33,028 nt of DNA from an uncultured archaeon (GTDB lineage: Archaea > Thermoplasmatota > Penumbrarchaeia > JASLWR01), in the NCBI GenBank assembly GCA_964430885.1, contig CAYSHM010000018.1, positions 28,205 through 61,232 on the forward strand. The letters are read 5' to 3'. Within the stretch, counting starts at the first letter, position 1, and the number at the start of each line of letters is the position of its first letter. The notes under the pieces were generated by a model, which saw only the letters and a list, made by a program, of their open reading frames with translations, did not search any database and was not told the DNA's origin. The position numbers were made by a program, and so were the translations under genes. Shown in pieces: positions 6,900 to 15,420 of this stretch.

Positions 6900-9770
6900 T
6901 TGATTTTGACAAGCGATAAACTTAATCAGATCCTGGGCAAGGGTCCGTTGGAACTGGTCCGGGAAAACCAACGCTATACCTTGAAAATAGATCCTGTTCC
7001 TCCGTGCACTGTCTCCTGCCCCGCAGGGGTCAACGTGAAAGGATATATCAATCTCATATCACGGAAGAGATACAGGGAAGCACTGAGAGTTATTCTTGAA
7101 TCCAATCCCTTTCCGGGAATATGCGGACGTGTATGCACACACCCCTGCGAAGCATCATGTGCTTTGGAAGAATTGGAGGGAGCTTATCGGGGTATAGCCA
7201 TAAAGGACCTTAAACGATTTGCGGCTGACCAGGAGCTTTCATTAAGGGGGCTGGTAGTTGAGAAAAGGCCGGTATTATATGATGATCGGATCGCCGTGAT
7301 TGGAGCGGGGCCTGCCGGATTGACCGCAGCCTCGGACCTCGCTGATATGGGCTACAGTGTGACGGTATTCGAAAAGGAGGACCGTCCAGGAGGGATGCTC
7401 AATCAGTGCATCCCGCGATACCGCCTCCCGGAGGATATTGTCGAGTTTGAGATAGAGAGTATCAGAAGAAAGGGCGTGAATATTGTTACCTCACGGAAGA
7501 TCGAAGATATTGATTCCCTTTTCCACGAGGGTTTCTCAGCGGTGGCCATTGCTACCGGTGCGGGCAAGGATAGGGAACCCCGGATAGAATCCGCAAACAA
7601 GAAAGGCATCCTCGGAGCCCTGGAATTCCTATTTGACATCAATAAGGATATATGTGTGGAACTGGGCAGGCAGGTCCTGGTAATAGGAGGAGGCAGCTCG
7701 GCCTTCGACGCGGCAAGAACAGCCAAGAGATGCGGTGCCCAAGAGGTGACCATTGTATACCGCAGAAGCCAGGAGGAGATGCCTGCTAACCGGGAGGAGA
7801 TCCAACAGGCCCTGAGGGAAGGGATCAAGATCCGGACCCTTGCGGTACCCGTTAAGGTTGAGGGTGATGAACAGGTAAGTGGAATGACATTTCTCAAAGC
7901 TAGATTGGGGGAAAGGGACGAGGTAGGAAGAAAGCGCTTCATTCCCATAGAGAACTCGGAGTTCACCCTTCCCGCCGATAACATCATATTCGCTATCGGT
8001 TCGGTCCCCGAACCATTTGATTTCGGGCAGGAACTGGTGATCACAAAATGGGGAACCATTGACGCGGGCGATGCTGGCAGGACCCCTAGGGAGAAGGTTT
8101 TTGCGTGCGGCGATGCGGTCACTGGACCGTCCACCGTGGTGGATGTGATCGGATCCGGCCACAGGTTGGCAAATTCGGTGCACCGTACCCTCAGGAACAT
8201 AGCCGGTGAAGAAAGGCAGGATAGGGGAGGCATCGCTGTTGTTAAACCCAGTGAAATGGACACCGGTGAGCGGGCGGCCCCTGAGCACATATCATCCCAA
8301 GAATGGACCGGAAACTACCTGGAAGTAGAACTTGGATACCCTGAACACCTGGCAGTGGGTGAGGCCCTGAGATGTGCCGGATGCGGCAGCTGTCTGGAAT
8401 GCGACACCTGCGTCAGTTCATGTGACGGAGGCGTGCTGTATGGCGCCATGGATGGTCATTCCTTCTTACTCAAGGCCCCGGGAGAGCTGAGGGCGGAGGT
8501 CCTTCAGGGAAAAACTGATTGGGCCGTGATGAACAGTGAAGGGGAAAAAGCCCTGGAACTGATGAGTCTGGTACCCCGTGTTGACGGGAACAGCTGTATC
8601 GCCTGCGGAAGATGTGAGGAAACCTGTCCCTACAATGCTGTCCAGATCGTATTATCCATGGATTCCAAAACCCAGGCCGCTATTAACCTGGACATCTGCA
8701 GAAGCTGCGGCGAGTGCCAGGCGGTATGCCCCTCTGGAGCCCTTGATCAGGGTCCCTTTTCAAACTCCGCAGTTCAAGATATGATAGGGAATACGATCGG
8801 GAAGATAGGTGATAAACCCTTAATATTTGCCTCGTACTGGACCATGAACGGGGGAACTTTCAGGGATGATATTGTGGAGCTCATGGGAACAAGGAACCTG
8901 TCCGCCTTCCTGTTCATAGAGGCGCTGGCACAGGGCGCCGGAGAAATTTCAATAGTTACCTCGGCCCCTGAAAGCGGCGGAGATCATTATTTTCCTTCGG
9001 GCAGGAACATAACCGACATAGTATCCAGGACAAAGGAGGTCCTGGAGATCATCGGTATTGACCCGGAACGGATAAAGGTCATGAACAGCATGGAGGAAGC
9101 GGAATCCATGGACAGTTACCACCCGTCCCTAGGATCCAATCCCCATCCGCCATCTCCGAAAGAAGCTCCATTGTCAAGAGCATTAGCTCAGCTGAAATGG
9201 CTCACGGAGAACCCGAACCTGAAGCTTACTGAGAATAATAAGGAAGGAGAAGAGGTCAAAAAACAGTTCGCTTACTGGAAAGCTGCAGGCAAGCTTCTGG
9301 AGGCAGAGGGTTTCAGAGCCCTGGACCGGATGATGGGCTCCCTGGAAAAACTGTCGGCCAGCGGATCCCTGGAAGGGGAGGGGGCGAAAATAGCGAAGTC
9401 AGGAGACCGCACCATTACCGCAGCCCTGTTAATCTCACCGGAAGAACCGGACCATACGGGTTACGGAGGGCGGAGCTCGGGAGAGGTTCTCGGATCCATC
9501 CCTGGGATCAGGACCGTCGATATCGAAATGGGGAGTTCCGGCCCTGACCTGCTCCGATTCTCAAAGAGGACGAGGGATGAAATTTCTGAATATGAAAGAA
9601 TAGCCGGAGAACAGGGGGCATCCCTTATCCTGACCTCAACACCCTATGCTGCAATTTATATGGACATCTGCAAATATAGGGGTTCCTGGCAGACAGGAGG
9701 CATACCGGTAACCGACGTTTATACCCTGCTTCATGATCATCTTCGGGAAGAGAAGGGGGTGGAACAATGA
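6900..9770 (+). CDS. GltD/NfnB-like FAD/NAD(P) Fe-S oxidoreductase fused to ferredoxin, degenerate MvhD-like and degenerate CCG-like domains
   Basis: TTG start after GGAGTGTGAG. Motifs: PCTVSCP and NPFPGICGRVCTHPCEASC; IAVIGAGPAG; VIGGGSSAFDAAR...YRRS; FACGD; CAGCGSCLECDTCVSSC; CIACGRCEETCP; CRSCGECQAVCP; C-terminal LEIIGIDPERI and GASLILTSTPYA. Confidence 0.85.
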   Translation: MILTSDKLNQILGKGPLELVRENQRYTLKIDPVPPCTVSCPAGVNVKGYINLISRKRYREALRVILESNPFPGICGRVCTHPCEASCALEELEGAYRGIAIKDLKRFAADQELSLRGLVVEKRPVLYDDRIAVIGAGPAGLTAASDLADMGYSVTVFEKEDRPGGMLNQCIPRYRLPEDIVEFEIESIRRKGVNIVTSRKIEDIDSLFHEGFSAVAIATGAGKDREPRIESANKKGILGALEFLFDINKDICVELGRQVLVIGGGSSAFDAARTAKRCGAQEVTIVYRRSQEEMPANREEIQQALREGIKIRTLAVPVKVEGDEQVSGMTFLKARLGERDEVGRKRFIPIENSEFTLPADNIIFAIGSVPEPFDFGQELVITKWGTIDAGDAGRTPREKVFACGDAVTGPSTVVDVIGSGHRLANSVHRTLRNIAGEERQDRGGIAVVKPSEMDTGERAAPEHISSQEWTGNYLEVELGYPEHLAVGEALRCAGCGSCLECDTCVSSCDGGVLYGAMDGHSFLLKAPGELRAEVLQGKTDWAVMNSEGEKALELMSLVPRVDGNSCIACGRCEETCPYNAVQIVLSMDSKTQAAINLDICRSCGECQAVCPSGALDQGPFSNSAVQDMIGNTIGKIGDKPLIFASYWTMNGGTFRDDIVELMGTRNLSAFLFIEALAQGAGEISIVTSAPESGGDHYFPSGRNITDIVSRTKEVLEIIGIDPERIKVMNSMEEAESMDSYHPSLGSNPHPPSPKEAPLSRALAQLKWLTENPNLKLTENNKEGEEVKKQFAYWKAAGKLLEAEGFRALDRMMGSLEKLSASGSLEGEGAKIAKSGDRTITAALLISPEEPDHTGYGGRSSGEVLGSIPGIRTVDIEMGSSGPDLLRFSKRTRDEISEYERIAGEQGASLILTSTPYAAIYMDICKYRGSWQTGGIPVTDVYTLLHDHLREEKGVEQ

Positions 9771-11890
9771 GCCACAGGATAATGGAACATCCCGTTCTCG
9801 ATAAGAAAAGAGACCCCGTCATAACTTTTCTATTCAATGGGAAAGAGCTCAAAGCCCTGGAGAACGAGATGATATCCTCCGCCCTTTTCGCTTCAGGCAT
9901 CCATGAATTTGGAAAACATCACATGGATGATTCTCCCCAGGGTATATTCTGCGCCAACGGCCAGTGCGGCCAATGCCTGGTCCTGGTTGACGGAATACCC
10001 AAAAAGGCCTGTTTGACCCCGGTGACCCAGGGAATGAAGGTGGAATCCATGAACGGTCTGCCTCCCCTGCCCCCGGACGATAGACCTGTCCACCTCAGGG
10101 ATATCCAGGTGGAGAACATAGAGGTGCTTATTGTAGGAGCCGGACCCGCAGGTCTAGCCGCAGCAATGGAGCTGGGGGCCATGGATGTCCCCACCATAAT
10201 AGCCGACGATAAGGACATCCTTGGAGGAAAGCTCATTCTACAGACCCATAACTTCTTCGGATCCAAGAAAGGATGTTTCGCCGGGATGAGAGGGGCTGAG
10301 ATAGCCTCCTATCTGGCCCAAGGAGTGAGCGCACTTCCCTCGGTGGACATATGGATGGACTCCCCGGTGGTGGGAGTCTTCTCAGAGGGTGTTGTGGGCG
10401 TGGCCAAAGCAGGTTCATACAGGCTGCTTCAACCACGCTATTTCATAGTTGGGACTGGTGCAAGGGAGAAAATGCTGGCCTTCCCGGGCTGCGACCTCCC
10501 CGGAATTTACGGAGCCGGGGCCTTCCAGACCCTGGTGAACAGAGATCTGGTAAAGGCCGCCGACAAGCTCTTTATAGTGGGAGGAGGTAATGTGGGGCTT
10601 ATCGCAGCATACCAGGCACTCCAGGCAGGCATAGATGTCCTGGGTATTGTAGAGGCGCTACCCCGCTGCGGAGGCTACAAGGTGCACCTTGACAAGATAA
10701 AGAGATTGGGAGTTCCCATCTACACGTCCCATACAATACAGGAGGCCATGGGGAAGGACCGGCTGGACAAAGTCGCCATAACCCGGATCGACAGCTCATT
10801 CAAGCCCATTGAGGGTACTAGAAAGGAATTCTCGGTGGATACACTCTTGATCGCTGTGGGGTTATCCCCGGTGAACGAGCTCTATGACAAGGCAAAGGAG
10901 TTTGGTATCAATGCCGTATCCATAGGGGACACACAGGAGATTGCCGAGGCATCCGCGGCAATGTTCAGCGGTAAGATAGCCGGCAGACGAATACTTGAGG
11001 AAATGGGACATTCAGTCATTGTACCCCGCAGATGGGACGAGATGCTGGACATACTTAGAAAAAAGCCCGGACCTGTCCACGATTTCCGTATGGATACACA
11101 GGATGAGGGAATTTACCCCATAATAAGATGCATACAGGAGATCCCCTGCAATCCATGTTCCGAGGTCTGTCCCCTGGGGAGCATAACCATACCAACCTCT
11201 GTGATAGAGGATCTTCCTGCCTTCAAGGGTGAATGCGTGGGATGCGGCAGATGCGTTGCCATCTGTCCAGGGCTCGCCATCAATCTGGTGGACCGGCGCT
11301 ACGACCCCGGCAAGGAAAAGGCCTTGGTCATATTGCCGTGGGAGATGCCCAGGGGTACCATCGACCCGGGAATGAAGGTCAATGTAACGGGTTTTGAGGG
11401 TGAGGTGATGGGCCAGGGAAAGGTAGTTGCCATCAAGGGAGCGGAATGGCAGAACAGGAGACAGCTTGTCTCTCTGGAAGTGCCCTGGGACCTGGCTGAC
11501 GGTGTTGCAGGTATACGCACATATGGAAATGAACCCCTTGGCAGGGAGGTGGGCCAGGCAGAAAATGAGAGACTTGTACAAGGGGATGAGGATATCATCA
11601 TATGCAGATGCGAGAGAATAACGAAGGGTGACATACTGAGAGAGATCAGGGCTGGTGTCAGGGATATGAACGACCTCAAGGCCAGATTGAGGGTAGGCAT
11701 GGGACCCTGCGGGGGCAAGACCTGCATTCCGCTGATAGAACAGCTCTTCAGATGGGAAGGGGTAAAAGCGGATAATATCGCGCCTCATGTGAACAGGCCC
11801 TTCTTCCAGGAAATTCCAATGGATATTTTTTTCCGGACCTCTGTACAGAAAAGTGGTGAGGATCTGAACGAGTCAGGGGGTGAGAATTGA
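9767..11890 (+). CDS. Proline dehydrogenase/sarcosine oxidase alpha-like fusion: 2Fe-2S, FAD/NAD domain, 2x4Fe-4S and BFD-like 2Fe-2S
   Basis: GIFCANGQCGQCLV...KAC; VGAGPAGL; GTGARE...FPGCDLPG; VGGGNVG; CIQEIPCNPCSEVCP; CVGCGRCVAICPG; IICRCE...GMGPCGGKTC. ATGA overlap with the upstream gene. Confidence 0.88.
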   Translation: MSHRIMEHPVLDKKRDPVITFLFNGKELKALENEMISSALFASGIHEFGKHHMDDSPQGIFCANGQCGQCLVLVDGIPKKACLTPVTQGMKVESMNGLPPLPPDDRPVHLRDIQVENIEVLIVGAGPAGLAAAMELGAMDVPTIIADDKDILGGKLILQTHNFFGSKKGCFAGMRGAEIASYLAQGVSALPSVDIWMDSPVVGVFSEGVVGVAKAGSYRLLQPRYFIVGTGAREKMLAFPGCDLPGIYGAGAFQTLVNRDLVKAADKLFIVGGGNVGLIAAYQALQAGIDVLGIVEALPRCGGYKVHLDKIKRLGVPIYTSHTIQEAMGKDRLDKVAITRIDSSFKPIEGTRKEFSVDTLLIAVGLSPVNELYDKAKEFGINAVSIGDTQEIAEASAAMFSGKIAGRRILEEMGHSVIVPRRWDEMLDILRKKPGPVHDFRMDTQDEGIYPIIRCIQEIPCNPCSEVCPLGSITIPTSVIEDLPAFKGECVGCGRCVAICPGLAINLVDRRYDPGKEKALVILPWEMPRGTIDPGMKVNVTGFEGEVMGQGKVVAIKGAEWQNRRQLVSLEVPWDLADGVAGIRTYGNEPLGREVGQAENERLVQGDEDIIICRCERITKGDILREIRAGVRDMNDLKARLRVGMGPCGGKTCIPLIEQLFRWEGVKADNIAPHVNRPFFQEIPMDIFFRTSVQKSGEDLNESGGEN

Positions 11891-13047
11891 TGAGCTACGA
11901 TGTCATAGTCATAGGAGGCGGAAGCGTCGGCGTCCCCATCACATATTATCTGGCCGAGAAAGGGGTAAAGGTGCTCTGTATTGAGAAACATCCCTCCGTG
12001 GGCCAGGGCCAGAACAAATCCGCTATAGGCGGTATCCGTGCCACCCACTCCCATCCCGCAAAGATAGAGCTCTGCCTGGAAAGCCTCAGAATATTATCCA
12101 CATGGGAAGAGAGGACAGGGATGGATATAGACTGGAAACCGGGCGGGTATTCCTTCCCAGTTTACAGAGAGAAGGAGGAGATTATGCTCAAGGAGCTAGT
12201 ATCCCAGCAGAGAAAGTACGGCCTGAACATATCCTGGGTTGATGGCGCGGAGCTTCTGAAGATCATACCTGGTATCGAACCAAAAGGTCTTCGGGGAGGG
12301 ACCTACTCCCCAGGTGACGGTATGGTGAGCCCACACAAGGTGATTACCTCATTCGCAGTTCTGGCCAGGAAACTCGGTGCTGAATTCCTCTTCAATACCG
12401 AGGTTGATGACATAATTACCGAGAATAACGAAATCGTGGGTGTAAAGGCAGGAGGAGCTGAATACCATGCCCCCGTAGTGGTCAATGCGGCGGGAGCAAT
12501 GGCCAAGGAAGTAGGAGAGATGGTAGGACTGGCGCTTCCAGTGGTACCCGATAGTCACGAGGCTGCGGTCACCGCTCCGGTCCGGGAATTCCTGGAGCCG
12601 CTGGTCGTGGATATCAGGCCGGGTCCGGAAAGTAAGACCGCCAATTTCTATTTCGGACAGGAGAAGGGAGGCCATATCATATTCTGCTACACTCCAATAG
12701 ATAAGATATTGGGAACCTCAAGAGAATGCACCTCGGAGTTCATGCCCATAATATCCAACCGCCTGGTAGGACTGATGCCGAGACTGAAGAACCTATTGAT
12801 CAGAAGACAGTGGAGAGGGCTTTACCCAATGACCCCGGATGGTATACCGATGATAGGCCAGGCCGGACCAAAAGGGCATTATGTTGCCGTTGGAATGTGC
12901 GGACACGGACTGATGCTGGGCCCTGGCGTGGGCAAGAATATGGCAGCGCTCATAACTGAAGGAGAACCTCTTATGAACAGTGATGATTTCGATCTTTTAA
13001 GTCCCCAGCGCGGTTTCTGTGAGGATGATTGCGAGCTTCTGGATTGA
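11890..13047 (+). CDS. DAO-family FAD oxidoreductase (sarcosine oxidase beta / dye-linked L-proline dehydrogenase beta-like)
   Basis: YDVIVIGGGSVG, VVVNAAGA, WRGLYPMTPDGIPMIG, GMCGHGLMLGP. ATG 11890 overlaps the upstream TGA; GGGGGTGAG RBS. Confidence 0.88.
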   Translation: MSYDVIVIGGGSVGVPITYYLAEKGVKVLCIEKHPSVGQGQNKSAIGGIRATHSHPAKIELCLESLRILSTWEERTGMDIDWKPGGYSFPVYREKEEIMLKELVSQQRKYGLNISWVDGAELLKIIPGIEPKGLRGGTYSPGDGMVSPHKVITSFAVLARKLGAEFLFNTEVDDIITENNEIVGVKAGGAEYHAPVVVNAAGAMAKEVGEMVGLALPVVPDSHEAAVTAPVREFLEPLVVDIRPGPESKTANFYFGQEKGGHIIFCYTPIDKILGTSRECTSEFMPIISNRLVGLMPRLKNLLIRRQWRGLYPMTPDGIPMIGQAGPKGHYVAVGMCGHGLMLGPGVGKNMAALITEGEPLMNSDDFDLLSPQRGFCEDDCELLD

Positions 13048-13063
13048 GTTTCCATTTATATTA

Positions 13064-14416
13064 TTAGATAAGTATCTGGATGATCTTGGCTGCTCCCAGA
13101 TAAGTTCCGGCAACCGATCCCAGATTGGCCAGGGCGGTTACCATGAGGAGACGGACCAGACGGTTGTTGAAAAAATCCCTGAACTTTTCCAGGGAACCCA
13201 ATTTTTCCACATCCGACACCTTGGGAGGCCTCAGCCAGCCTTCCACAATACCTGCAAACCAGCCTGCGGCAAGAAGCGGATTTAGGGATGTCAGCGGGGC
13301 CGCAATAAAAGCTGTGATAATAGAAAGCGGATGACCCCGGGCCAATAGTGCCCCCAGGGCTGAAAGGGTTCCGTTTATCAAGAACCACCATAAGATCACA
13401 TCTCCCAGGGTACTGTAGTCGCCCTGCCATATCAGATATGCTACAAGACCGAAGAAAAGGGAGGGGATAGTGTATTTCAGAATACTGCCAATGGAGAATC
13501 GCTTCTTCTTGACCTTTTCAAGACGCTCTATCTCGCCCTTCTTTGGACCTTTTTTCAGATTGTCCACAACCCCGTTCAGATGTCCGGCCCCTAGAACTGC
13601 CAGCACCTTTTTGGGTTCGGGTTTTTTCCCGGGTTTTGGGGTTACAGGTGCAGGTATGCGTCCTGTAGGGCGGGCCTTGGACCTCTTTTTGCTTTTCCCT
13701 TTCTTCTTATTCTTTTTATCCTCACCAGGGTCCAATGATATGACTGCGCGTTTCACCCTCTTGTTTGTAGACTTTATCACACCTTCCCGGCCGTCCCTGA
13801 GTGCCAATATCCTCTGGGCGATATAGGTGTCCCTCTCGTCGATAAAGGCCTTCCCGATACCGGGTGCGAACTCCTTCAGGGAATTGATCATCACAGTGAT
13901 GGTGTCCTCCTCCAGAAGGTCGTCGATCTTCATTTTTTCATTACTGCCATCCTCCCCATCCTCCTCTTCCGAGAAACCTATGATAGCGTTGATCCCGTAC
14001 CAGAACATCTTGATCTTTTCAAAGAAACCCATGTTCTGCCAGCCGCTCTTGAATGTGACGCTGATGTCCCGGTCCACCAGAGCAATGGGAACCCCCTGGG
14101 CCCGGGCCTCTTTGATTGCCGCTACCATCTCCATTCCCGGAGCTGCCTCCTCTTCGAGACCCATCTGCTTCTGTATAGTGCTGAGGAATAACTGGGTGAG
14201 CATTAGTCCGGATCTGCCCTCCCTTATCACCTTGAACACAGATGTGTTGCGCCATTTCTCCTTCTGTATCAGAGAAAGGTAACGGGCCCGGTCCAGCTCC
14301 ACCGCTACAATGTCGGGCTTCACCTCGGTGATGGCCTTCTTCACCTCCCTGGCGCTCTTGTGTGATATGTGGGCAGTGCCCACAAGGCAGATGCTGTCTC
14401 CATGTTCCTTGATCAT
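13064..14416 (-). CDS. TraB/GumN (pheromone-shutdown/Tiki-like) family protein with C-terminal membrane domain
   Basis: LVGTAHIS, PDIVAVELD, PGMEM, LVDRDISVT, DERDTYIA, AVLGAGH, APLTSLNP, ANLGS. I placed the start at 14416 (MIKEHG) because GGTGA lies 7 nt upstream. Confidence 0.88.
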   Translation of the reverse strand: MIKEHGDSICLVGTAHISHKSAREVKKAITEVKPDIVAVELDRARYLSLIQKEKWRNTSVFKVIREGRSGLMLTQLFLSTIQKQMGLEEEAAPGMEMVAAIKEARAQGVPIALVDRDISVTFKSGWQNMGFFEKIKMFWYGINAIIGFSEEEDGEDGSNEKMKIDDLLEEDTITVMINSLKEFAPGIGKAFIDERDTYIAQRILALRDGREGVIKSTNKRVKRAVISLDPGEDKKNKKKGKSKKRSKARPTGRIPAPVTPKPGKKPEPKKVLAVLGAGHLNGVVDNLKKGPKKGEIERLEKVKKKRFSIGSILKYTIPSLFFGLVAYLIWQGDYSTLGDVILWWFLINGTLSALGALLARGHPLSIITAFIAAPLTSLNPLLAAGWFAGIVEGWLRPPKVSDVEKLGSLEKFRDFFNNRLVRLLMVTALANLGSVAGTYLGAAKIIQILI

Positions 14417-14489
14417 TTGTATGTCACCGGCTAGTGTTTTGAAAGGCTTCATCGATACTGTTGGTTCTACTGACTCAAGAATTATAACT

Positions 14490-15404
14490 CTATAATACAT
14501 TTCCGAACAAAAAGGCCATCAAGGCCACGAACATGGCTGCCTTGAGAACCTGCTGGGACATCTTGGATTTGATTATGGAATACCTCATACTGAATATTAT
14601 CATTGCGAAAACAAAGGCTATCAGGATCAGATACATCATGCCGGTAAAAAGCTGCAGGGGATAATAGGGCAGAACACCCAGAACCATAACTCCCAGGAGC
14701 AGCCCTCCTGCAATCCTAGCCGATGCCTTCTTCCCAAACTTTATCGGCAGTGTCAATCGGTCTGCGTCCCCTTCCATATCCTCTATGTCCTTGATGATCT
14801 CCCTTGCAATATTGACAGAACCTCCCAGAAGGGCAAGGACGCCCAGTTTTTTCCAGCCCCCCACTGCAGCTGCGGCCCCTAGGAACACACAAGCTACCAG
14901 AAGGCCGATCACAAAATTGCCCAGCAGAGGATATCTTTTGAGGTACAGCTCATACCCTCCCAGGATCAGTTCGCCTCCCAGAACAAACAGGAAACAGTGA
15001 ATGTTGACCGTAATTGCGAAGAACAGCGCCACAAGGTAGAATATCAAGGCCCAAACCAGGAGGAACCTCCTTGTGAAAAGCCCCTTTGGAATGGCCCTTG
15101 TAGGATGGATGGTCCGGTCTATGGAAGCATCGGACACGTCGTTTATCATGTTGCCCCCGGCCATGAGGAAAAAAGCCGCAAGACCTGCGGGCACCACCTT
15201 GTCCAGAGAATCCAAAGAATCATTGCCCAGCACCACCGCCGAGCTAACCGCGACTATGAGAATACCCATTAGACAGTTGCCTATACGGAATGAATGAAAA
15301 AATGCCCGGATCAGCCGGAGGTACTGCTTCATGGAGAAACCGGCTTTCTTCATCATTGGATCGCCCATTTGGTCTTCTGTATTCTCTCTATCGGTCCCGG
15401 GCAT
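14490..15404 (-). CDS. UbiA-family prenyltransferase, probably digeranylgeranylglyceryl phosphate synthase
   Basis: GGNMINDVSDASIDRTIHPTRAIP, LKRYPLLGN and AREIIKDIEDMEGD...TLP motifs; multiple TM helices. Confidence 0.87.
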   Translation of the reverse strand: MPGTDRENTEDQMGDPMMKKAGFSMKQYLRLIRAFFHSFRIGNCLMGILIVAVSSAVVLGNDSLDSLDKVVPAGLAAFFLMAGGNMINDVSDASIDRTIHPTRAIPKGLFTRRFLLVWALIFYLVALFFAITVNIHCFLFVLGGELILGGYELYLKRYPLLGNFVIGLLVACVFLGAAAAVGGWKKLGVLALLGGSVNIAREIIKDIEDMEGDADRLTLPIKFGKKASARIAGGLLLGVMVLGVLPYYPLQLFTGMMYLILIAFVFAMIIFSMRYSIIKSKMSQQVLKAAMFVALMAFLFGNVL

Positions 15405-15420
15405 TGGGCATCAGCAACCT

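Noticed and set aside
7403-8290. Long antisense ORFs (295 aa here; also 11012-11788, 15331-16035, 4535-5128)
   Set aside because: Fully overlap well-supported genes on the opposite strand and have no motifs; shadow ORFs.
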